Positions 1 through 8,226 of a stretch of DNA of 64,000 nucleotides are shown in pieces. Each line of letters opens with the position of its first letter. Position 1 is the first letter of the stretch. Both the position numbers and the translations under genes were made by a program. Source of the stretch: Candidatus Sulfobium sp. (GTDB lineage: Bacteria > Nitrospirota > Thermodesulfovibrionia > Thermodesulfovibrionales > UBA6898). Location: the NCBI GenBank assembly GCA_037380845.1, contig JARRRI010000009.1:1-64000 (forward strand), read 5' to 3'. The notes beneath the pieces are model-generated. The model did no database searches. It was not told the origin of the DNA and saw only the letters and a program-made list of their open reading frames with translations.

Positions 1-50
1 CCCTTTACTTTCTTTATGCGCTCCACAATATGAATAATATTTTTACCCAT
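1..50 (-). CDS. N-terminus of putative phage CI-like repressor (runs off window)
   Basis: ATG at 50, MGKNIIHIVERIKKVK..., divergent from the Ner/Cro-like gene. Confidence 0.4.
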   Translation of the reverse strand, partial: MGKNIIHIVERIKKVK

Positions 51-64
51 ATTTCACTTTTTGC

Positions 65-93
65 TTGACACGCATACACATTTTGTTTAATGT
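65..93 (+). promoter_or_regulatory. sigma70-like early promoter with overlapping inverted repeat (possible operator)
   Basis: TTGACA(65-70)-17 nt-TAATGT(88-93); ACATT-N6-AATGT at 78-93. Confidence 0.55.
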
Positions 94-139
94 ATTGATA
101 GTTCGGTTAATAAGTTTACTTTCAGGGGGCAAAAAAAGA

Positions 140-379
140 GTGAAGAAGTCGAAGCAGAGGAAGGTCAAGGCCCTGATTGTCCTGGAGGGGCTGAAGCAAA
201 AAGACATCGCCCGCTTTCTCCATGTCAGCACGGCCATGATCTCCCTCGTAGTGGCCGGCAAGAAAAAATCACAGAGGATCCGCCTGGGAATTATCAAGAT
301 TCTGCACGACCGGGGCGTGGATGTGGAATACCAGGACCTCTGGCCGGACAACGGCAACGACCACCGGAGGGCGGCGTAG
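140..379 (+). CDS. Ner/Cro-like HTH transcriptional regulator
   Basis: GTG start; KALIVLEGLKQKDIARFLHVSTAMISLVVAGKKKSQRIR is an XRE/Ner-type HTH pattern. Confidence 0.7.
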   Translation: MKKSKQRKVKALIVLEGLKQKDIARFLHVSTAMISLVVAGKKKSQRIRLGIIKILHDRGVDVEYQDLWPDNGNDHRRAA

Positions 380-468
380 ATGTCAACGGCGATTTCACTC
401 ACGAACGGCGGATTCCCCCTCTCTGCGCAAGCCGCCTCCCCCTGCCGGCGGCGCATTTTTCTCAGAAC

Positions 469-497
469 ATTATACATGTTTACGCAAGCCGCCTCAA
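469..497 (-). promoter_or_regulatory. Antisense sigma70-like promoter facing the Ner/CI genes
   Basis: Minus strand TTGAGG-17 nt-TATAAT. Confidence 0.5.
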
Positions 498-588
498 TGC
501 CTTTTTTTAGGATCCGCCGTTTACTTTCGACACCTTTAATCCAAATATCTACAAAATCTAAATCTATACCTTTAGGAGGGGCCATGCA

Positions 589-780
589 ATGTCGGATAGT
601 CCTTTAGAAACGTATTCTTTCCGCCTTCCGGCGGACACAAAGCGCATGACGGAGGCCCTCTCGCCGCCGATGAAAAAGAAGCTGACGCACGAGCTGCAGA
701 TAACGGTGGCCAGGGTGCTGCACGAGGCCGCTTTCGACCCGTCAGTCTACCTCGGGGGCGAGAGCAAGAGGGAAGGATGA
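589..780 (+). CDS. Small phage hypothetical protein (possible DNA-binding)
   Basis: AGGAGG upstream; stop overlaps next ORF (ATGA). Confidence 0.55.
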   Translation: MSDSPLETYSFRLPADTKRMTEALSPPMKKKLTHELQITVARVLHEAAFDPSVYLGGESKREG

Positions 781-986
781 CCGGCGATCGGGGCCTTCGC
801 ATGGAGATGCTGCTGAAGAGGTCGGCGGACAACCGGGGCGTCGGCTACCTTGCCCGCCTTGCGCGGTTCCGCGTTTCAAATTCCGACCTCTGGTACTGGC
901 AGGGGGTCTGCGACGGGCTGAATTATACGAACCCGCAGTTCGCCGCGCACTGCAAACGCCTTCTTAGGGCGTTAAGAAAACAATAA
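777..986 (+). CDS. Phage hypothetical protein
   Basis: ATGA overlap with previous ORF. Confidence 0.5.
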   Translation: MTGDRGLRMEMLLKRSADNRGVGYLARLARFRVSNSDLWYWQGVCDGLNYTNPQFAAHCKRLLRALRKQ

Positions 987-999
987 AAAGGAGGGCGTT

Positions 1000-1263
1000 T
1001 TGGAAATCAAATATCTGATGATCGACAGGGCCTGGCCGGTGCTTTTGATGGGTTCCATAGAGCACAGGGCGCTGCGGCCGGAGAGACCGGAGCGCATAAG
1101 CTCGGCCGGGTTCGTGAGGTTTGTGGGGACGGATGAAGGGCTGAAGGCCGAGACATACGGCCATTCGGAGGGGCTGGACCTGTCGCCGGACCCGGAGGAC
1201 GCGGAGCTGATCACGCTTTTTTTCTGCAAGGCATTTCCTAAATCAAACGGAGGTGAAGGGTGA
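1000..1263 (+). CDS. Phage hypothetical protein
   Basis: AGGAG RBS, TTG start, co-oriented in early operon. Confidence 0.5.
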   Translation: MEIKYLMIDRAWPVLLMGSIEHRALRPERPERISSAGFVRFVGTDEGLKAETYGHSEGLDLSPDPEDAELITLFFCKAFPKSNGGEG

Positions 1264-1309
1264 AGAAAGACGGCATCATCGGGCGTTATTACGGAAGCAG
1301 GGAGGACTC

Positions 1310-1624
1310 ATGAGCAAATCATACAAACGCATCGAGGCGGTGCGGAGGGCCGGGGAGATCCTGAAGTTCCTGGCCAACCAGAAAGAGCCGATAACGGCGC
1401 CGGCGATCGCCCACGTGACGGGCGCGCCCCTGCCGACGGTCATGTGCCACCTGGTGACACTGGAGGAGCTGGGCTTCGTCCAGGTGATAAACGACCGCTG
1501 GAGGATCGGCCTGGGCCTGGGCCTGATCTGGGCCCGGGTGAAGGCTAACCTGGAAGGCGAGAGGGACCGCATCGAGAGGGACCTGGAGTCGATCCGGGTC
1601 GAGGAGGCAGGCCATGGCCAATAA
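1310..1624 (+). CDS. IclR-type HTH domain protein with C-terminal coiled coil (phage early protein)
   Basis: GGAGG RBS; IEAVRRAGEILKFLA...IAHVTGAPLPTVMCHLVTLEELGFV resembles the IclR N-terminal wHTH. Confidence 0.7.
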   Translation: MSKSYKRIEAVRRAGEILKFLANQKEPITAPAIAHVTGAPLPTVMCHLVTLEELGFVQVINDRWRIGLGLGLIWARVKANLEGERDRIERDLESIRVEEAGHGQ

Positions 1625-2099
1625 ACCGCGACACATGAAACCTACTGACCCGGAGATGGAGGCGCTTAAGTCGTCATTTGAGGACGGGCGGAATATGGCG
1701 AAGGCGGAGATTTCAGCGCTTGAAGCAAAGCTCGACGCGGCCCCATGGCTGTTTCGGATGGCGGGAAAGATCGAAGCTACATCATTTTTTAAGTCGCAGT
1801 CGGAATTTTTCAGACTCGTCATGCTCAAACAGGTGAAGGATTCCAAGGACTATCGTGACAACTATGGCATGACATGGGAAGAGTTTTGCGATTCAGTGAA
1901 GGTGGACCGCCGGCGGATTGATGAACAATTAGTCGATTTAAGGCCCTTCAAAGCAGAATTTTTGGCGGATTTCGCCAATTTTTCCGGGGTAGAATTGCAT
2001 AAAATCAGGTACTTAGGGCAGGCCATTTCCAAGCAAAGTTCGAGTTCTCCTCGTCTTCCGTCGATACCAGCTACATCGTCGAAACTCCCATATACGTGA
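1614..2099 (+). pseudogene. Phage early protein (DUF3102-like), truncated near 2030
   Basis: YGMTWEEFCDSVKVDRRRIDEQL segment typical of proteins preceding Mu-like transposases; tail after ISKQ is out-of-frame read-through. Confidence 0.55.
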
Positions 2100-2341
2100 C
2101 CATAGCAGCCAATCCGAAACAGGAGCATGGAGAGGCCTCGGTAGACGGCTCCGGGGTGGAATCGATCGTATTTTCCGAGACGTTTATCGCCATAGAAAAA
2201 ATCAAATTAACCCCCTCGGCGTCTGCCGCCCGCATCGCTACCTACGATAACCTGACCCTGAGCGGATTCGACCTTTGCCTCTTCGACAGCTCCGGATCTG
2301 CCGTATCGGGCAACGTCAAGTGGGAAGTGGAGGGATATTAA
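2027..2341 (+). pseudogene. C-terminal fragment of phage tail/host-specificity protein
   Basis: Open frame FQAKFEFSSSSVDTSYIVETPIYVTIAAN...SGFDLCLFDSSGSAVSGNVKWEVEGY with no evident native start. Confidence 0.55.
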
Positions 2342-2342
2342 G

Positions 2343-2642
2343 ATGAGCATTGATCTTGACCAGCCAAAAGACATCGTCCCGCAGGCGGTGAGGCTCTCCA
2401 TCCTGAAGATAGAGATCTCCACCGCCTCTATCCGGGTTTACTATGCATGGAAAGCGGCCGACGGCAGCATCATCCGCAACAAGGACATCGAAATCACGGG
2501 CGCCGACTACCAGGACATCATATCCGCCCAGGTGACGGCCGGCATGGTCGGCAAGCCCGTGGCCGGTGTCGTGGTCACCGGCGTAAAAAACAAAATCAAG
2601 GCCATGCTGAGCCTGCAGGGAACGGTCCAGGACGGCTTTTAA
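2343..2642 (+). CDS. Phage hypothetical (tail region) protein
   Basis: Tightly packed ORF in tail cluster. Confidence 0.6.
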   Translation: MSIDLDQPKDIVPQAVRLSILKIEISTASIRVYYAWKAADGSIIRNKDIEITGADYQDIISAQVTAGMVGKPVAGVVVTGVKNKIKAMLSLQGTVQDGF

Positions 2643-2651
2643 GGAGGTTCT

Positions 2652-3071
2652 ATGAAGATATTAACAGCGGCTTTCATCTTTTTTCTGACACTCGCTATCG
2701 TCCCGGCCGCAATAGCAGGGACCGATGGAGCATTCACCCCGACCAGTCCCAACTACGGGACTGAAAATGCCCAGAACGCCTTCGATGAGATCAAGGAAAA
2801 TTTCGAGTGGATCCAGCGTCATTTTCTGATGGACCAGCGGTTCACCGGTCTGGACGGCTATTATGCCGATTATACCTATACCGGCGACGAGCTGACAGGC
2901 ATAACCGTCAAGGATAGTTTCGATGTCACTCAGGGGGTCTGCACCCTCACTTATTCCGGCGGCTACCTCTCCACCGAGGTGTGGGCCATAAACGGCAAGA
3001 CGCTGACATATACATACACCTATAGCGCAGGGAAGCTCACGCGGGTGACCCTGGCGATAACAACCCCATAA
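2652..3071 (+). CDS. Phage tail-region protein with N-terminal signal peptide and Tyr/Thr-rich beta repeats
   Basis: AAGGAGG RBS; MKILTAAFIFFLTLAIVPAAIA; YTYTGDELTGIT / LTYSGGYLSTE / YTYSAGKLTRVT repeats. Confidence 0.65.
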   Translation: MKILTAAFIFFLTLAIVPAAIAGTDGAFTPTSPNYGTENAQNAFDEIKENFEWIQRHFLMDQRFTGLDGYYADYTYTGDELTGITVKDSFDVTQGVCTLTYSGGYLSTEVWAINGKTLTYTYTYSAGKLTRVTLAITTP

Positions 3072-3081
3072 GGAGGCCATC

Positions 3082-3654
3082 ATGAAAAAACGCTCAATAG
3101 TTGCAGTCCTCGCCGCAGTATTACTTGTATTTGCGCTTTCGTCCATCAGCATCGGCGGCGGGGCAGAGATCAGCTACCTCAATCAGATATGGAGCAAGGT
3201 CAGCTCCTACCTGGACGCCAGTGTCTCATCACGGGCGCCGTCCAGCACAGCCCTCTCCACGTCGACCTGGACCAGTGCCCGGGCAAGCAAGGTCGATAAT
3301 CTCGATGCAGCGGTCTCCAGCCGCGCACCGTCAAGCACGGCCCTCAGCACCTCCGTCTGGACGTCCGCCAGGGCAGGGAAGCTCGACAACCTCGACGCCG
3401 CCATCAGCAGCATATCCCCGATCGCGAGCATACAACGGGGCACTCTCACTACCATAAACGGACAGACGACAGTAAATATTTCGTCGGTCACCACGTCGAA
3501 ATCATTGTTGCTCTTCAACTACATTTACAACGCGAGCTGTAGTTACGGTTGCGGGATGTCCGGCAAAATCACTAGTTCCACAACCCTGACCTTCTACCCG
3601 GTCGCCGGGGCCGACCATTATCAGATCGACTGGCAAGTGATAGAGTTTAAATGA
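3082..3654 (+). CDS. Tail-fibre-like protein with signal peptide, 30-aa repeats and C-terminal beta domain
   Basis: AAGGAGG RBS; WTSARAxKxDNLDAA repeats; SIQRG...IDWQVIEF C-terminal domain. Confidence 0.65.
   Translation: MKKRSIVAVLAAVLLVFALSSISIGGGAEISYLNQIWSKVSSYLDASVSSRAPSSTALSTSTWTSARASKVDNLDAAVSSRAPSSTALSTSVWTSARAGKLDNLDAAISSISPIASIQRGTLTTINGQTTVNISSVTTSKSLLLFNYIYNASCSYGCGMSGKITSSTTLTFYPVAGADHYQIDWQVIEFK
3211..3411 (+). repeat. 90-bp imperfect tandem repeat (about 2.2 copies) in tail-fibre-like gene
   Basis: LDASVSSRAPSSTALSTSTWTSARASKVDN / LDAAVSSRAPSSTALSTSVWTSARAGKLDN / LDAAISS. Confidence 0.9.
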
Positions 3655-3877
3655 TGGGAAGGGTCTAAAAAACTTATCGCGGGCGGTATAATAATCAAGT
3701 GCTCCTTGACACCGTCAAGCCTCTCAGGGAAGCGACTTATCGCATTCCGACCGCGCAAAATATCGCCTCGGCTCACCCGGTCATCTTCGGCGCCGCCAGG
3801 GGCGGGTAAACCTGTCAGCTGATAACGACCCTTGGCGGAGATCCGCTTCGGGACCGGCAGCGAGAATCTTCCTGGAC

Positions 3878-4253
3878 TTAAGAAGATTCGAGCAGCTCTA
3901 ACCCCTGTTTCCTCGACCGCCGACCGGATTATGCTGTCCAGTTCCTCCGGAGTCAGCTGCCTCGGCAGATATTTCTGGATAATATCTATCTCCCTGTTCT
4001 CCCTGTCGGCCAGGTCTTTTCTGTTTGCACTCAGATATTGCCCGGCTGACTCTTTTCGCTGCTTGACCATGCTCGAAAGCACGCCGATAATATCTTCGTC
4101 GCTCAGGTCCTTGCCGGTGCTCCTCGACGCTATTTCTGCGTTCTTTACGGTAGACTTGATCATTCTCAGGACAGATATCACCAGCTCGCGATCTTCGCCA
4201 CGGCCTTTCATGGTCACGGCTAAATCCTTCGAAATCTTCTCCAGGAACTCCAT
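3878..4253 (-). pseudogene. yqeY: GatB/YqeY domain protein, internally deleted and frameshifted near 3900 (possibly assembly error)
   Basis: VLRMIKSTVKNAEI...VKQRKESAGQY...EIDIIQKYLPRQLT; the DMGKVM segment is missing and a plausible native end ELLESS* follows in another frame. Confidence 0.8.
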
Positions 4254-4277
4254 ATCCTTCCCTCCTCACCTGCATAT

Positions 4278-4586
4278 TCAGTCCTGCTCCTCTCTTTTGC
4301 CCAGTCTTTCGATATATTCCTCCCATTCTATTGGAAGCATGTGTTTTTTCCTGCTGTTGCATTCCTTGCAGGCCGGGACGACGTTGCCTTTTGTTGACTT
4401 GCCGCCCCTGATTAACGGGACGATGTGGTCCATGGTGAGCTCGCCGGGCGGGAATCTTTTTTTGCAGAAATAGCAGATCCCATCCGAACGCCTTCTCTTC
4501 CACCACTGAGATTTCCTCAGCTCCCGCGCCCTGGCCTTCTCCTTCCTTATATCCCGTTCGCTTATGTCGCTGATAAAATAATCCAT
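4278..4586 (-). CDS. HNH endonuclease family protein
   Basis: CYFC...LTMDHIVPLIRGGKSTKGNVVPACKECN. Confidence 0.9.
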   Translation of the reverse strand: MDYFISDISERDIRKEKARARELRKSQWWKRRRSDGICYFCKKRFPPGELTMDHIVPLIRGGKSTKGNVVPACKECNSRKKHMLPIEWEEYIERLGKREEQD

Positions 4587-4697
4587 ACGTTAACCCAGCC
4601 CGGCAAAACCGGCCAAAACATTTTCACCGCGGAGATACGCTGAACCATCATTTTTTTCATTTTCCACGCACAGCTTTTATATTCCTGGACATTTTTT

Positions 4698-6602
4698 TCA
4701 GACTGTCCCGGTCCAGCTGACGACCTTGTTCCGCCCGCCGTGTTTGGCATGATACAATGTAACCGCCTTGCGCAGCCTCTCCGCTATGTTCTGCGCGCCC
4801 GCCGCGTCAGTCCCCGGAAGGATAACAGCGAATTCCTCGCCCCCGTACCTGGCCGGTATGTCGATGTCCCGGATCGTCTTCCTTATGACTCCGGAGACTC
4901 CCTTTAATACGATGTCCCCCACGGGATGACCGTAAGTGTCATTGACCTTCTTGAAGTAATCGATATCGGCAAGGAGAAGGGCAAGCGGACCCGACAGCCG
5001 GTTCAATCTTTTAAATTCGCCCGTCAGCTTTTCCTGGAAAAGTCTGTGGTTAAGAAGCCCGGTGAGCCCGTCAGTAGTCGCCATCTTCTCGATTTCCGAA
5101 TGCAACTTCGCATTGGCCATGGCCGTAGAAGCGTGGTTGCACATCACTTTCAGGAGGTCGATCTGGAATGTGTCAAGGAATCCCCTCTTATCCGAGAGCA
5201 GCACGAAGAGTCCGGTCAGATTTGTCTCGTAGAACATGGGAACAGCCAGGAGAGACCGGACATCCCCGACCTTGAAAGGCATGAGCGGCACCCTGCAGTC
5301 GGCGACATCAGACAGGTAGATCGTCTCTCTGTTCCGGACAGCCATACTGATAAACGTGCCCTTCAGATCCAGCGCACCACGGGCTTCGGTACCCCTTTCA
5401 CCACTCATCAGTCTGAACCCGCTCCCGTCCGACACGAAAAAGAATGCCTGTGAAGACGCTATCTTCTTGGCCCCCCCGCAGAGTTTAGCCGCCGCTATTT
5501 CGGCCCTCAGAGAGGACACCAGATCGGAACTCTGCTCCCTGAGCGTCTTAAGCCCGAAAGTATCTCGCTTTATCAACATATATATCCTCTCGCGTTCGAG
5601 TATCCTCCCCACGTGCCTTGCAAACATCGCGACCGTATCCTGTTCCATCTCACTGAAAGCCTGGATCCGTGAACTGTCGACGGCGAGGATGCCGGCCGCC
5701 GTCGGACCGTCCATGACAGGGGCGATAACGGCCGATGAGATCCTGCCGTTTCTGTGGTAGCCCAGGTCGACCCGGTCGCCTTTTACCTCGCCGGAAGCAT
5801 AAACCTCTCCGTCTCTCGCACAGGACATGACAACACCGCCGCGCGTGACGACAACATCCGCCTTCTTCTCCGTGGAACAGCGGAGCGAGCAGCCGTTTCC
5901 GTCGGGCACGAACAGGCTGGCGGCATCGGCGAGAACAGCCTGTTTCACAGTGACGAGGATTTCCCGGATTTCCTCGTCGGTCTTCAGCATCAGCGAAAAG
6001 TAATGGGACATCAGTTCATCGTCTTCCAGAGACTCCATGCCCGCCTCGCGGGTTATATTCCTCGCATGGACCTCAATATCACCCAGCGACGCCAGGGCAT
6101 GGTCCTTTTCTCTGCGCAGTCTCTGGAGAAGCACCGAAGAAACCACGCCCGTCGCCGACAGAAACCCCCAGAAAGCGATCCCTTCCGCCGGTCGGGCTCC
6201 CGAGATAAATGCGCGCAGTTCCAGAAAAGGCAGGAGAAGAGACAAAGCGAAAACGGTAGGCAGGCTATAGACAGCGGCGGCCAGCACTATGGCAGGGAAA
6301 TATGCCGGCTTTAGCCAGATGAGGCCCCGGGCGTCCATCAGCCCCCCGGCGATCAGGGCCAGTGAAAAAAGGAATTCTATCGAATACTCTTTTCTTCCCC
6401 CTGAGAAATGGAGAAAGGCGCATAATGCCGCAGTGAATGCGGAAAATGAAAGCCAGAGTATCGGTCTCGTGAGCGGGAAATCCGCAAGCAGCCCGAGCCA
6501 GGACAAGACCAGTAAAAGGAGAGGTGCGCTCCTTTTTAACCAGTGGCCCTGCCCTTTTTGATCTCCTCTTCTCTGAAATATTTCCTGTATAGGACTTCCC
6601 AT
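4698..6602 (-). CDS. Membrane-anchored GAF-GAF diguanylate cyclase; GGDEF domain carries an in-frame deletion near 4758
   Basis: N-terminal TM segments, two GAF-like regions, DIDYFKKVNDTYGH, RDID I-site, RYGGEEF; the VTVSIG...ADKA segment is absent between RKAV and LYHAK. Confidence 0.9.
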   Translation of the reverse strand: MGSPIQEIFQRRGDQKGQGHWLKRSAPLLLLVLSWLGLLADFPLTRPILWLSFSAFTAALCAFLHFSGGRKEYSIEFLFSLALIAGGLMDARGLIWLKPAYFPAIVLAAAVYSLPTVFALSLLLPFLELRAFISGARPAEGIAFWGFLSATGVVSSVLLQRLRREKDHALASLGDIEVHARNITREAGMESLEDDELMSHYFSLMLKTDEEIREILVTVKQAVLADAASLFVPDGNGCSLRCSTEKKADVVVTRGGVVMSCARDGEVYASGEVKGDRVDLGYHRNGRISSAVIAPVMDGPTAAGILAVDSSRIQAFSEMEQDTVAMFARHVGRILERERIYMLIKRDTFGLKTLREQSSDLVSSLRAEIAAAKLCGGAKKIASSQAFFFVSDGSGFRLMSGERGTEARGALDLKGTFISMAVRNRETIYLSDVADCRVPLMPFKVGDVRSLLAVPMFYETNLTGLFVLLSDKRGFLDTFQIDLLKVMCNHASTAMANAKLHSEIEKMATTDGLTGLLNHRLFQEKLTGEFKRLNRLSGPLALLLADIDYFKKVNDTYGHPVGDIVLKGVSGVIRKTIRDIDIPARYGGEEFAVILPGTDAAGAQNIAERLRKAVTLYHAKHGGRNKVVSWTGTV

Positions 6603-6820
6603 TCGGGGCTGCCTTCAATCAGCTTCTTCGAAAGCGACTGGAGTTTCTTCCGCACAATCTGATCGATCTCCTCCCCTATTTTGAGTTCGAACACGATAGT
6701 GCGCTTTATCTCGCGTCTGACAGCAGCTTCATCGTCAACAGGTTCTACCAGCCCCTGCGAGATAAGGCCCTTGAGAAGGACATGGCTGAGATGGGAGATC
6801 TTGTCGTCAGAAAGCATCAT
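6536..6820 (-). CDS. DUF507 family protein
   Basis: LSDDKISHLSH...EGSPEWEVLYRKYFREE. Confidence 0.8.
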   Translation of the reverse strand: MMLSDDKISHLSHVLLKGLISQGLVEPVDDEAAVRREIKRTIVFELKIGEEIDQIVRKKLQSLSKKLIEGSPEWEVLYRKYFREEEIKKGRATG

Positions 6821-7098
6821 AGGACGATATTTCTCTCCCTGACGAGCTTCTGCTTGGTCAATTCAAAGAGCTTCCTGTAGTCCATCCGGCCCCTCTCAAT
6901 ATCAGTGGCGTGTTTCTTAAGGATCTCCCTCACCTCATCGTTGAGCCGGTCCTCCACCATGAGCTCTTCGGTGATGATCTCCCCGGTCTTTGCCATGAAC
7001 TTCTCCATCGGGACCGAAGGCCGGAGAAGCCCTTTAGAAACAAGGTTGTCCGCTATCTTTTTTGCGAGCGGCGGAACCCACGACCTGGGCACCCTCAT
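6817..7098 (-). CDS. DUF507 family protein
   Basis: EELMVEDRLNDEVREIL...DYRKLFELTKQKLVRERN; paired with neighbour. Confidence 0.8.
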   Translation of the reverse strand: MRVPRSWVPPLAKKIADNLVSKGLLRPSVPMEKFMAKTGEIITEELMVEDRLNDEVREILKKHATDIERGRMDYRKLFELTKQKLVRERNIVL

Positions 7099-7099
7099 C

Positions 7100-7330
7100 C
7101 TATTTCTCGACGAAGGAGAGAAGCGCGATATTCCGTGCCCTCATAATCGCTTCGCTCAGTTCCCTCTGGTGCTTCGCACAAGTGCCCGTCATTCTCCTGG
7201 AAAAAATCTTCCCTCTTTCCGTTATATATCCCCTGAGAAGCCTGATATCCTTATAATCTATAAATTCCGTTTTTTCCGAACAGAATTTGCAAAACTTTCT
7301 TCTCTGAAACCTCCTCTGCTGATATGCCAT
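7100..7330 (-). CDS. rpsR: 30S ribosomal protein S18 (Zn-binding, C+ type)
   Basis: RRKFCKFC...IDYKD...[17 protein letters not shown]. Confidence 0.97.
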   Translation of the reverse strand: MAYQQRRFQRRKFCKFCSEKTEFIDYKDIRLLRGYITERGKIFSRRMTGTCAKHQRELSEAIMRARNIALLSFVEK

Positions 7331-7405
7331 CTCTGCTCCTTTCGATATATCGTTCTGTTTCTTTTATCTCAATGTTCTAAGCCTTCACCGGTAAGCGGCC
7401 GCGCC

Positions 7406-7694
7406 CTAAAACGGCTCAAGTGCTTCTCTGCTGGCCATCCGATTCCCATCTCCTCTCCTGCAGCCTCCCCTCGACAAGGGCCGAACTCCCCTTGTTCAGA
7501 TACTGGCTGCAGGACTCGGCCTGCCTTCCGAATACCACTATATCGATAAAGGTCGTTTCCTTTTTCATCTCGTCGCTCTGCTTGTACTGGTAATTTACGG
7601 CAAGCCTGAATGATGCTACAGGGGTCCCCTGGGGCGTGTACCTCAGTTCAGGGTCCTTTGTAAGGTTACCGATCAGAATTATCTTGTTATACAT
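7406..7694 (-). pseudogene. ssb: Single-stranded DNA-binding protein, apparent internal deletion at 7420/7421 (likely assembly error)
   Basis: NKIILIGNLTKDPELRYTPQG...VEGRLQERRWE; stops at QRST*, while the SSB tip LEPF* follows at once in another frame. Confidence 0.9.
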
Positions 7695-8051
7695 TTACCC
7701 CCCCTCGCTTTTCGGCTGCTCGATCGCCTCGGCAGCCTGCATCTTCTCAAAATGCTTGACCTGTTTCGGTCCCATTTTTATAACCATATACTTTACAACG
7801 GGATCGAACACCTTATAAAATTCTTCAAGTTTCCTGATGGTTTCAGGCGGGGTCCTGTAGATCAGGAGGACATACATCCCCTTGTTCTGCTTCTTGATTT
7901 CGTAAGCCAGTTTTCTCCTGCCCCACAAATCCGATCTCAGCACTTCACCGCCCGAATTTGTGATGAGGTCCTGGATCCTGGAGAGCGATGCGTTGATTTC
8001 CTCGTCAGACAGTGACGCGTTGAGGATGACAAAGTTTTCGTAGATATTCAT
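7695..8051 (-). CDS. rpsF: 30S ribosomal protein S6
   Basis: YENFVIL...WGRRKLAYEIKK; rpsF-ssb-rpsR order. Confidence 0.97.
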   Translation of the reverse strand: MNIYENFVILNASLSDEEINASLSRIQDLITNSGGEVLRSDLWGRRKLAYEIKKQNKGMYVLLIYRTPPETIRKLEEFYKVFDPVVKYMVIKMGPKQVKHFEKMQAAEAIEQPKSEGG

Positions 8052-8055
8052 TAAA

Positions 8056-8125
8056 CTACCTCCTCATGGATTTTTCCCCGCCCGAGCGGGGATTAAAGCC
8101 CTTCCACCGGGAAGAGCAAGGGGTC
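8056..8125 (-). promoter_or_regulatory. S6:S18 ribosomal protein leader RNA (putative)
   Basis: CCCCUUGCUC...GGGC...UCCAUGAGGAGG before rpsF: 5' arm can pair with the SD, CCR motif in the internal loop. Confidence 0.6.
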
Positions 8126-8226
8126 TTCATTTATACCACAGACGGAGAACTTCCGTCAACAAACGCAAAAGACCCGTCGGGAGGCCTTTTTTTGTCGTTT
8201 TGGGCCGTTTTGATTTATAATTATGG

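Larger units (their letters stand above)
1..3775. mobile_element. Prophage remnant, probably transposable (Mu-like), internally deleted; left end outside window
   Basis: Divergent repressor/Ner-like HTH pair, run of short co-oriented ORFs, IclR-like HTH, then an abrupt switch near 2027 into tail-type ORFs; repeated TATCGC motifs ending in CA at 3775. Confidence 0.7.

Noticed and set aside
3400..3900. Diversity-generating retroelement targeting the tail-fibre tip
   Set aside because: No template repeat differing at adenines and no reverse transcriptase in the window
4278..4586. HNH gene as a homing or defence nuclease
   Set aside because: Small stand-alone HNH in a housekeeping run with no partner genes; the same applies to the YajD-like gene at 16560
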